A stretch of DNA of 64,000 nt from Ktedonobacteria bacterium (GTDB lineage Bacteria > Chloroflexota > Ktedonobacteria > Ktedonobacterales > JACDGC01): positions 3,992 through 67,991 of the forward strand of contig DAIDIC010000185.1 of NCBI GenBank assembly GCA_027459525.1, read 5' to 3'. A model generated the notes under the pieces. It saw only the letters and a program-made list of their open reading frames with translations, did no database searches and was not told where the DNA came from. The translations under genes were made by a program, and so were the position numbers. Below are positions 39,244-47,035 of the stretch, piece after piece. Each line of letters opens with the position of its first letter. The first letter of the stretch is position 1.

Positions 39244-40197
39244 ATGGAAAACCAACTGCAACCTTCCGGTGGCGCGGTTGTTTCGGTACAAAATCTTGTA
39301 AAGCAATATGGCAAATTCACCGCTGTAAACGGTGTGAGTTTTGAGATTCACGCCGGCGAAATTTTCGGATTGCTTGGCCCCAATGGCGCCGGAAAATCTA
39401 CCATTATTGAGATTTTAGAGGGAATACGCAAACCAACCACTGGCGCCGCGCATGTTTTAGGCTATAGCGTGACGCAGAAAAGCGCCAAAATTCATGAACG
39501 AATTGGCGTTCAACTGCAATCCACAACTTTTTTTGAAGATCTGACATCATTGGAAATTCTGCAATTGTTCAGCTCGTTTTACCTGAACGGACGCAATCCG
39601 CAGGAAATGCTGCGCGAAGTGTTTCTGGATGATAAAGCTTCCGTATTCCCGCAAAAACTTTCCGGCGGGCAGCGGCAAAGGCTCGCCTTGGCGGCGGCGC
39701 TTATTAACGATCCGGCTTTGTTGTTTCTGGATGAGCCAACTACGGGGTTAGACCCGCAAAGCCGCCATATGCTTTGGGGCATCATTGAAAATACCCGCGC
39801 AAAAGGTAAATCGGTCTTGCTGACCACACATTTTATGGATGAAGCGCAAAAACTCTGCGATCGCGTTGCCATTATCGATCAAGGAAAAATTGTTGCGCTG
39901 GATACACCCGCCAGATTGATTGCGTCGCTGAATATTGCGTCATCCATCTCGGCAGAATTTCAATGTGAATCGCCGGAATCCATACAGTTATACAAATTGC
40001 AGGCGATACCCGAAACGGTTCAGGCTAAAAAAAATGGTTTCTCAATAAATTTGCAAACTAAAAACACTCGCGCGGCGTTTTCCGGATTGCTTGAATACGC
40101 AGATGAAATTGGCGCCGTTATTGAAAACGCCACCGTGCAGTCTCCGACACTCGAAGACGTATTTCTCTCATTAACCGGTCACGCGCTGCGTGATTGA
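39244..40197 (+). CDS. ABC transporter ATP-binding protein (ABC-2/DrrA-like exporter type)
   Basis: It has Walker A GPNGAGKST, the signature LSGGQRQRL and Walker B LFLDEPTTGLD, with AGGAG before the ATG. Confidence 0.85.
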   Translation: MENQLQPSGGAVVSVQNLVKQYGKFTAVNGVSFEIHAGEIFGLLGPNGAGKSTIIEILEGIRKPTTGAAHVLGYSVTQKSAKIHERIGVQLQSTTFFEDLTSLEILQLFSSFYLNGRNPQEMLREVFLDDKASVFPQKLSGGQRQRLALAAALINDPALLFLDEPTTGLDPQSRHMLWGIIENTRAKGKSVLLTTHFMDEAQKLCDRVAIIDQGKIVALDTPARLIASLNIASSISAEFQCESPESIQLYKLQAIPETVQAKKNGFSINLQTKNTRAAFSGLLEYADEIGAVIENATVQSPTLEDVFLSLTGHALRD

Positions 40198-40224
40198 AAT
40201 AATTGGAAGCAGGAAATTATTCAA

Positions 40225-41310
40225 ATGAAATCGTTTGTCACAACTCTTTCCGTCAGTGTGAAAATGCTTCGGCGCAATAGAATGTATATCATTACCACCT
40301 TGGGTTTGGCGCTTATTTCTATTTTTGCGTTTGGCTGGCTGTTTGGACAATCAAATTCTTATACACTGAATTTGGGTGTAGTGAATCAAGATAACAGCGT
40401 AATATCCCAATCAATTGTCGGCGGCCTGCAAAAAAACGCCGCGCTGCATGTGTCTACCGGAACTTATGCGCAGGAATATGCGCTGTTTCAAAAGGGGTCG
40501 CTCGACGCTATGTTGGTAATTGGCCCCACTTTTTCGAATGATTTGAAAAATAACAACGCAAATTTAGATGTGTACTATAATCAAAGCAATATCTCCACGC
40601 TGGGTTTTACTCAAGGCGCGGTTCAGCAAATAACCGATGAATTAAATCAACATATTACCAACGCTCCCGTTCCGATACATCTGACGGAAAAGGCCTATAG
40701 CGTGCATACGCTTTCTTATATTGATTTTATTGTGCCCGGCATGATTGGATTAATGCTTATGTGGGCCAATCTTGGCGCCGGCACAGAATTGGTGATTTGG
40801 CGGCAAAATGGTATATTAAAACGGCTGGCGGCAACTCCCTTAACATCTATAACGCTGATAACCGCGCAAACTTTATCGCGGCTTATCCTTTCTATGATTC
40901 AGTCGGCGCTGCTGATAGCTGTGGGTCTATATGTTTTTCATGTTCATAATTATGGCAATTGGGCGGCTTTAACGGCAACCGTTGCGCTTGGCGCGCTGAC
41001 TATGCTGGCTATCGGCTTTATTATTGGCGCTTTCGCCAAAAATCAGCAAACGGCGCAGGGTATATCATTTCTGATTTCGTTTCCTATGATGTTTTTAGGC
41101 GGCTCTTATTTTCCGACAAGCAATGCGCCGGCTTTTCTCACTCCTGTTATTCAATTTTTGCCATTAACGCATATTAATGACGCGCTGCGGCAGATTATGA
41201 ATAATGGCGCGGCTTTTTCTGCTTATTCTACAGATTTAGTGGTGTTGGCTGTGTGGAGTGTACTTGGTATTGCGTTTGCTGCGGCAGCGTTTCGGTGGTC
41301 GCAGAACTGA
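40225..41310 (+). CDS. ABC-2 type transporter permease
   Basis: It has one N-terminal TM, a large extracytoplasmic loop and 5 C-terminal TMs. It is adjacent to the ATPase. Confidence 0.75.
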   Translation: MKSFVTTLSVSVKMLRRNRMYIITTLGLALISIFAFGWLFGQSNSYTLNLGVVNQDNSVISQSIVGGLQKNAALHVSTGTYAQEYALFQKGSLDAMLVIGPTFSNDLKNNNANLDVYYNQSNISTLGFTQGAVQQITDELNQHITNAPVPIHLTEKAYSVHTLSYIDFIVPGMIGLMLMWANLGAGTELVIWRQNGILKRLAATPLTSITLITAQTLSRLILSMIQSALLIAVGLYVFHVHNYGNWAALTATVALGALTMLAIGFIIGAFAKNQQTAQGISFLISFPMMFLGGSYFPTSNAPAFLTPVIQFLPLTHINDALRQIMNNGAAFSAYSTDLVVLAVWSVLGIAFAAAAFRWSQN

Positions 41311-41336
41311 TTAGCGGGGCTTTTCCATACAAAAAG

Positions 41337-41489
41337 AAAAGGGGGATGTTTTGGGGACACCCCAATCCCCGCGCAGGGGCGCTGCCCCTTGCGAATCCCT
41401 GCGCAGGGACGCTATAGCGCCTGCTATCTTGCGGATCCCTGCGCAGGGACGCTATAGCGCTTGTTATCTTGCGGATCCCTGCGCAGGGC
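41337..41489 (+). repeat. MITE-core-derived segment followed by 2.4 copies of a 40-bp tandem repeat
   Basis: The core GGGGACACCCCA..GCGCAGGGGCGCTGCCCCTTGCG is followed by units starting at 41395, 41435 and 41475. Each unit contains the perfect palindromes CCCTGCGCAGGG and GCGCTATAGCGC. The block lies between convergent genes. Confidence 0.8.
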
Positions 41490-41496
41490 AAAAAAC

Positions 41497-43146
41497 CTAT
41501 TCGCCAATCATTGCGGGGCGGCTTTCAACCGTTTCACCGCGTTTGCGCGCATCTTTAGCCAGCTCAACATTAGGATCTTTGCCGATGAACAGCGCAATAA
41601 GAGTTGCCGCTAAACAGCCAATAAGAACAAACGTAAAAGTCTCATTTAAAGCAGTAGTAGTGGCGTTTTGGAAAATATAATTTTTTGCGCATTGCTGAAT
41701 TGCGGCGCTGCCGGCTTTGCCAAAAACAGTAATGCAATGCAGCGCTTCACCGGTTGGCGGCTTGCTGGCAAACTGGGTGTTTATTTGCGCGCCAAGTGTG
41801 TTGCCCTGAGAGGTTGCTTGCGTTGTAAGGTATGCGGTGAGCACCGCAACACCAATTGAGGAAAATACTTGCCGGGTGACACTTACCAGCGACGAAGCGC
41901 GCGGTAAATCACGATTACTGATGCGCGAAACAACAAATGTTTGCAGGGGAACATTGGTTAAGCCTAACCCTAAGCCGCGCAAGATAAACCAGCCTTGCAG
42001 ATCCCATCCTGATGTGCCGATGGTCAGGTTCATAAAGCCGATCGTTGCAATGGCGACGATGAGCATCCCAAAAAACGTCAGCCAGCGCGGCCCAATGACA
42101 TTATATAGTCTGCCGGCTACAGCGGTGGCAAACGCCGCCGCTAGCCCTTGCGACATCAGATATTCACCCGAGGTAAGCGCGGAAACGCCTTGTACATTCT
42201 GGAAAAAGAACGGCAGTAAAAATAGACTGCCAAATAAAAATGCGCTGAGCGCCCATGTAACGATGTTGCCCATGGTAAAGCTATACACTTTAAACAGCCG
42301 CATATCCAGCACCGGATCTTTCACCAGCAACTCGACAACAACGAATACTGCCAGCAGTACACCGCCTATACCCAAAAAGAGTTCTACTTGATGATCGGTC
42401 CAGCCGTTTATGCCGGCTTCGGTAATTGCATACACTAGGGTAGTAAATCCCGCCATTGATAGGATCAGCCCCAGAATATCAAAATTACTTCGGGTTACAG
42501 TGTTAACGCCATATTGGGTATCTTCACTTTTTTTGCTTTTCAGAATCCAGAACGCTAAAATAACGGCCAAAATGCCGATTGGCACATTAATTTTAAATAT
42601 CGAATTCCAATCAAATGTTGTGGTAAAATATCCGCCGATAGTCGGCCCAAACGCCGGAGCCAGCAAAATCGGCACACCAATAACCGCTGAAGCCGGGCCG
42701 CGTTCGCTTGGCGGAAATACCCGGAAAATCTCGGCAAACACCACCGGCATTAATGCTCCGCCGCCAAGTCCCTGAAGGACACGGAAGAAGATCAGCATAG
42801 GAAATGACGGCGCCAAAGAACATAGGAATGACCCAATGGTAAACAACGTTAGGGATACAATAAATACCCATTTCGAACCTACCAGGTCAATCATAAAGCC
42901 GGTTATAGGGATAACTGCGGCTTGCGCTAAAAAGTACGCCGTTGCTACCCATGTTACCGTATCGTAGGATGAAACATTCAAGTTTTTTTGGATCTGCGGT
43001 AAAGCAACACTTACAATGGTGTTATCCAGGATTGACATAAACAATCCTATCACCATGATAATTGTTACCTGCCATTTATAAGCCAATTTCATACCGTTAT
43101 ACCTTTCGGATTTGCTATTTTCGGAGTTTTTGCTTGTTTTGTTCAA
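41497..43146 (-). CDS. MFS transporter, DHA2 (EmrB/QacA-like, 14-TMS) family
   Basis: This is a 549-aa protein with about 14 TM segments and MFS motifs (LDNTIVSVALP, GRLYNVIGPR). It sits downstream of the TetR gene in the same orientation. The start may be the internal ATG at 43092. Confidence 0.8.
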   Translation of the reverse strand: MNKTSKNSENSKSERYNGMKLAYKWQVTIIMVIGLFMSILDNTIVSVALPQIQKNLNVSSYDTVTWVATAYFLAQAAVIPITGFMIDLVGSKWVFIVSLTLFTIGSFLCSLAPSFPMLIFFRVLQGLGGGALMPVVFAEIFRVFPPSERGPASAVIGVPILLAPAFGPTIGGYFTTTFDWNSIFKINVPIGILAVILAFWILKSKKSEDTQYGVNTVTRSNFDILGLILSMAGFTTLVYAITEAGINGWTDHQVELFLGIGGVLLAVFVVVELLVKDPVLDMRLFKVYSFTMGNIVTWALSAFLFGSLFLLPFFFQNVQGVSALTSGEYLMSQGLAAAFATAVAGRLYNVIGPRWLTFFGMLIVAIATIGFMNLTIGTSGWDLQGWFILRGLGLGLTNVPLQTFVVSRISNRDLPRASSLVSVTRQVFSSIGVAVLTAYLTTQATSQGNTLGAQINTQFASKPPTGEALHCITVFGKAGSAAIQQCAKNYIFQNATTTALNETFTFVLIGCLAATLIALFIGKDPNVELAKDARKRGETVESRPAMIGE

Positions 43147-43163
43147 GACTTACTGCGCACAGC

Positions 43164-43862
43164 TTAAAAATCGCTGCCTAATGTATGTTCTGTATCGGAT
43201 GGGTCCGGTGGAATGATGGATTGCAGAATAATTGTAATGAATTGTTCACGCGCCAAGTCATTGGCGTCATTGGTGTTCCACGGAAAATCAGGCAGCAGCA
43301 TCTGCAGCCGGGCAGCGTTGAAGCGAAAACTGATTGGGACGCTCAGGATATACGCTATCAGAATGGTGATATTAATGTGCGAGGCAATATATCCCTCTGC
43401 TTGCGAGCGTTCCAGATACTCGATAAATTGCTCCAGTAATTTTGGTGAAGTGTCGGTTGCGCTCCGTTCTTTATACACCGTCCAGCCTTCGGCGGCTTCC
43501 CAAAGCAGCAGTCGGAATATGTTGGGGTAGCGATCACTGAACGAGAAGGAAAATATAATGGCCTCGCGAATCACCTTTGTTACATGCTCGCGGGAGCATT
43601 CTTGCGCAAACCATTCCAGCGCATAATTGCAAAACTTTTCCAGATCAAGCTCAATTTCTTTTTTTATGCGATGGATTACTGCTTTATATAACCCTTCTTT
43701 ATCCCCAAAATACTGGAAAATCAAGCTTTTGTTATACCCAGACTCTGCGGCTATAGTATCTATCCGCGCTCCGGCAAATCCGGCGCGCATAAACACTTGT
43801 TCGGCCGCAAGTAATATTGCGTTCATGGCAAGCTCAGAATTACGGGGTCGGGAATGGGTCAT
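43164..43862 (-). CDS. TetR/AcrR-family transcriptional regulator
   Basis: It has the N-terminal HTH ILLAAEQVFMRAGFAGARIDTIAAESGYNKSLIFQYFGDKEGLY. Confidence 0.85.
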   Translation of the reverse strand: MTHSRPRNSELAMNAILLAAEQVFMRAGFAGARIDTIAAESGYNKSLIFQYFGDKEGLYKAVIHRIKKEIELDLEKFCNYALEWFAQECSREHVTKVIREAIIFSFSFSDRYPNIFRLLLWEAAEGWTVYKERSATDTSPKLLEQFIEYLERSQAEGYIASHINITILIAYILSVPISFRFNAARLQMLLPDFPWNTNDANDLAREQFITIILQSIIPPDPSDTEHTLGSDF

Positions 43863-44395
43863 AAGATTTTTTTAAATTGCCCTTTCTTACATATGCCATC
43901 GGGTTTATATATTTTATCGGCAAGCGCCGCATCTCTCATTTGCGCGATGTTGCGCGCAACTTTGCAGTCGCCGTCATAGCCGTATTTAATTAACTAACTG
44001 GTTAGATGATATCACAAAAAAAGATCTTCCTGCAAGTGTGCGATAAAAATTTTTTGATAAGCACAATGTCCTATTGACATTCTGCTATTTTCGGAGTATT
44101 GTTTTAACTTAGCTGACAAAATTTATTGCCGGTGTCGTCCCGTTGCGGCGGCGGAAAACACATAGCGCACAATAAGCGTGTTTTCTTAGTTTTATTCCGG
44201 ATTTCCTGCAGATTATCCTGTGAATATGCGCCGTGACTTAAGAAAGTGAATGGATATATGAGTACTCCATCAGACAATTCAAATTTTTATACCCGCATTC
44301 CCGGGTTTTACAACTACTTAAGCTGGTATATTGCCTGCATGCACACCGGTGAAAGCTAGCGCCGGATCATTTCTATTTCCGAAAGGATCGCAGCA

Positions 44396-45838
44396 TTGTT
44401 TGGACCACATTTGATTATTGATGGCAGCAAGTGCGATATCGCAAAATTGGCGGATCGTATTGTTGTTGAGCGTATACTTACTGACTACCCCCGCGCAATT
44501 GGTATGACCCGCATCGGCGGCCCATATATGTTTGAATATATTGCCCCGGATCCCGCATATTCTGGTGTATCCGGCTTGGTTGTGATAGCCGAAAGCCATA
44601 TTGCCATCCACACGTTTCCGGCGTTGGATTTCTTCACCATGGATATTTTCTCCTGCAAAAATTTTGACCATGAAGTCGCTATAGCGTATATCCGCGAAGC
44701 TTTCGGAGTTCAAGAGATGGATCGGATGCTGGTGCAACGCGGCCTTTCTTTCCGCGGGCCGCACCATGGCCCTATCGGCGCCACCGACGATCTGATTGCC
44801 GCGCACGCCGAACGCTATGCAGGGCTTGAAGGAGTAACCATCGGCTCTATTCCCGCCGACGACCCACTATATCCGCATGAAAGTTCCGGCAAAATGGTTT
44901 GGCCGTCTTACGGCGCTGTGCCGGATACCGGATCTTACGGCGCCGACGCTTGCGCTATTGGCTTGCGCGGTTCGGTGTATACGCCGGCAAACGCTGAAGC
45001 GTTGGGCGCGGCAAATGCGCCCGCAGGATTTACACCGCTGATACCCATGCAACTGAATCCCACCGCTTCTACCGGAGGTGTGCTGGATAGTGTTTCCGCT
45101 ATTCGCGGACCGGGCCGCGCGTTGGGGCAGATATTGAATCGATGGGAGCAGGCAGCCCGCAGTGAATCGACGCCTATCATTCTTGCCTTGGGTCCATCTC
45201 TGATTGCCGACGGCCTTCGCGAAATAACAACCGAATTAATGCATCGCGGTCTGGTTTCAGCAGTTGTACTGGAGGGAGACAATACACTGGCCGATGTAAT
45301 AGAATCTGCCGGAGGCCGGCATTATGTAGCTGAAGCTCAGCCCACCCAGTCTATACACCTTGCGGCAGATGAAGACGCCGCCGCTAAAAAAATACAGACT
45401 GCGCTCAACCAATGCCAAAGCGGATCAGGCTCTTCCGAATTGCTGAATACGCTTGGGCAAGCCATCAACCGAACATCGCCGCGTCCCGGGGTTATTATTA
45501 CGGCTGCTGAAAAATCAATACCTGTTTTTGCCGTAAACGCTCCGGAACTTGGTCCGGTCTCAAAAGAACGAGATATGGCGGTTTTACAGGCAATGATTCA
45601 AGATGAAACCGCGGTGGTTCTTTTGTTTAACACAACAGCAATAATGAACAACTTTTTCGGCAGTTTGCCGGCGAAAACTGATATATACTCGCTCAATGCG
45701 GCTGCTGTTCAGCCGGTTTTGGATGCGCGGGTAGACGCTGCGCTGGCGCTGCCGCTGCTGGCTACCGGGCTGACACAGCGCATACCGAAACGTCAGCGCG
45801 CAATGAAAGGAATTAAAAAAGCGTTGCAGCCCGTTTAA
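44396..45838 (+). CDS. Fusion protein: pyruvoyl-type S-adenosylmethionine decarboxylase-like domain (N) + deoxyhypusine-synthase-like domain (C, tentative)
   Basis: Residues 1-120 match class-1 AdoMetDC/SpeH (GPHLIIDGSKCD, GVSGLVVIAESHIAIHTFP with the ES self-cleavage site, DIFSCK). The C-terminal part, about 300 aa, shows a DHS-like pattern (STPIILALGPSLIADGLREITTELMHRGLVSAVVLEGDN..; ITAAEKSIPVFAVNAPELG). The start is TTG with GAAAGGA upstream, and an in-frame TAG at 44357-44359 bounds the ORF. Confidence 0.7.
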   Translation: MFGPHLIIDGSKCDIAKLADRIVVERILTDYPRAIGMTRIGGPYMFEYIAPDPAYSGVSGLVVIAESHIAIHTFPALDFFTMDIFSCKNFDHEVAIAYIREAFGVQEMDRMLVQRGLSFRGPHHGPIGATDDLIAAHAERYAGLEGVTIGSIPADDPLYPHESSGKMVWPSYGAVPDTGSYGADACAIGLRGSVYTPANAEALGAANAPAGFTPLIPMQLNPTASTGGVLDSVSAIRGPGRALGQILNRWEQAARSESTPIILALGPSLIADGLREITTELMHRGLVSAVVLEGDNTLADVIESAGGRHYVAEAQPTQSIHLAADEDAAAKKIQTALNQCQSGSGSSELLNTLGQAINRTSPRPGVIITAAEKSIPVFAVNAPELGPVSKERDMAVLQAMIQDETAVVLLFNTTAIMNNFFGSLPAKTDIYSLNAAAVQPVLDARVDAALALPLLATGLTQRIPKRQRAMKGIKKALQPV

Positions 45839-45870
45839 CATAGACGGTGTTTTGCATACAAATTGATTCG

Positions 45871-45897
45871 GGCGGCCAGTATGGCCGCCTTTTTTTA
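45871..45897 (+). terminator. Rho-independent terminator
   Basis: GGCGGCC-AGTAT-GGCCGCC is followed by TTTTTTT. Confidence 0.8.
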
Positions 45898-45992
45898 ATA
45901 ACGCGGCGAAACGAGAGCGAAAACGCCGGCGTCAGCCAGCGCAACTGTTGTCACAAGCGCTATGGAGCCGGGATACGAGGTGAAGGAGCGAA

Positions 45993-46724
45993 ATGAATGT
46001 GAACTATATCATACCGCCGGTGGTTGCGATACCTGAGGGGGAGTTTTTGATGGGGAGTGATAAGAGCAAAGATAAATATGCAAGTTCCGATGAGCTGCCG
46101 CAGCATACAGTGCACTTGGATACGTATGAGATCGGGAAATATCCGTTGACGGTGGCGGAATATGCGCTGTTTGTGGAAGCAACCCACCGCGCGGCGCCAA
46201 GGAATTGGGAAGAGCAAAAGCAACGGCCGGAGCATCCGGTAGTATATATAAGCTGGGATGACGCACAGGCGTATGCGCAGTGGCTGGCGCAGGTAACGGG
46301 GCAACCGTATCGTTTGCCGAGTGAGGCAGAGTGGGAGAAAGCGGCGCGAGGAACGGATGGCAGGATCTACCCATGGGGGAATGAATGGGACGCGAGCAGG
46401 GCAAACACAAGGGAGAAAGGGTCGGGAACAACAACGCCGGTGGGGAGGTATCCGCAAGGCGCGAGTCCGTATGGGGTGATGGAGATGGCAGGGAACGTGT
46501 GGGAGTCGACCAGCACAATATATGTAGGAAAATATCCATACAAGAACGATCGACAACATGAGGACTTTAATTCTACAAATACTAGGGTACTGCGCGGCGG
46601 CTCGTGGAGCGACAGTTCTAGGAACGCGCGTGCTGCGTGTCGCATCATTAACGTGCGTGGCTACTCGAGCGGCAATAGGGGTTTCCGTCTTGTGCGCGCT
46701 GCGCCTTTGGTCGGCGCAAAATAG
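45993..46724 (+). CDS. FGE/SUMF1-fold (formylglycine-generating-enzyme-like, sulfatase-modifying-factor domain) protein
   Basis: It has RLPSEAEWEKAARGTDGRIYPWGNEW, VLRGGSW and RGFRLV, with AAGGAG before the ATG. The coding strand is unusually purine-rich. Confidence 0.8.
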   Translation: MNVNYIIPPVVAIPEGEFLMGSDKSKDKYASSDELPQHTVHLDTYEIGKYPLTVAEYALFVEATHRAAPRNWEEQKQRPEHPVVYISWDDAQAYAQWLAQVTGQPYRLPSEAEWEKAARGTDGRIYPWGNEWDASRANTREKGSGTTTPVGRYPQGASPYGVMEMAGNVWESTSTIYVGKYPYKNDRQHEDFNSTNTRVLRGGSWSDSSRNARAACRIINVRGYSSGNRGFRLVRAAPLVGAK

Positions 46725-46734
46725 AGGAACGAGG

Positions 46735-47028
46735 CCCACATGTTGAAATGTGTGGCTAGTTTTTGCTGGCGGAAATGGTGTCATTGCTCTCCATGTTCCG
46801 TCAGGTCCAGGTGTTTTGGGATATTGTCGCAATGATGGTGGTAGTGTTCGTATTTAGCCACATGTTTTAACATGTGGTGCTCGTGGGAACATATGGCTGG
46901 TTGGTGTGCTGGCGGCAATGGCGCCATTGCTCTCCATAACCGCGCTGCCATCCAAAATGCGTCTGCTGAAATTGTTGATTGCAGCCACATGTTTCAACAT
47001 GTGGTGCTCGTTGGAACATGTGGCTGCG
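46735..47028. repeat. About 2.4 tandem units (period 122-127 bp) with nested palindromes CCACATGTT..AACATGTGG
   Basis: Units start at 46735, 46857 and 46984. Hairpins occur at 46857-46877 and 46984-47004, with second half-sites at 46888-46897 and 47015-47024. A perfect palindrome CAATGGCGCCATTG lies at 46916-46929. The first hairpin is followed by a T-run and is a likely terminator of the FGE-like gene. Confidence 0.8.
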
Positions 47029-47035
47029 TTCTATG

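Noticed and set aside
41395-41489. The 40-bp tandem repeat, and the dispersed palindromic elements, as a CRISPR array.
   Set aside because: The repeats are directly adjacent with no unique spacers. The dispersed copies are kilobases apart, and no cas genes are present.
43994-44005. CTAAC-TG-GTTAG inverted repeat as a TetR operator.
   Set aside because: The arms are only 5 bp. It lies about 130 bp upstream of the tetR start, and no second copy exists, so it is too weak to call.
44258-44398. Stop-codon read-through or recoding that joins the 33-codon uORF to the AdoMetDC-fusion ORF, given the in-frame TAG at 44357.
   Set aside because: The AdoMetDC family N-terminus aligns from the TTG at 44396, which has its own RBS. 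The upstream peptide has no family similarity, and no recoding signal is recognised.
45960-46832. A 290-codon ORF and a 176-codon ORF antisense to the FGE-like gene.
   Set aside because: Their products are low-complexity (P/R/H/C-rich) with no recognisable domain or RBS. They arise because the purine-rich sense strand lacks the complements of stop codons. The sense strand has clear FGE-fold motifs.
46781-46990. A His-rich 69-codon ORF (..HEHHMLKHVAKYEHYHHHC..) on the minus strand within the tandem repeat.
   Set aside because: It has no Shine-Dalgarno sequence. Its sequence is generated by the repeated palindromes, and it is probably non-coding. It is kept as a note under the repeat finding.
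45993-47035. Possible diversity-generating retroelement. The FGE/CLec-fold C-terminus (LRGGSWSDSSRNARAACRIINVRGYSSGNRGFRLV) looks like a DGR variable region, and repeats lie downstream.
   Set aside because: No reverse transcriptase ORF (no YxDD-type motif) exists anywhere in the window. The downstream repeats do not align with the putative VR, and no adenine-specific TR/VR pair is visible.
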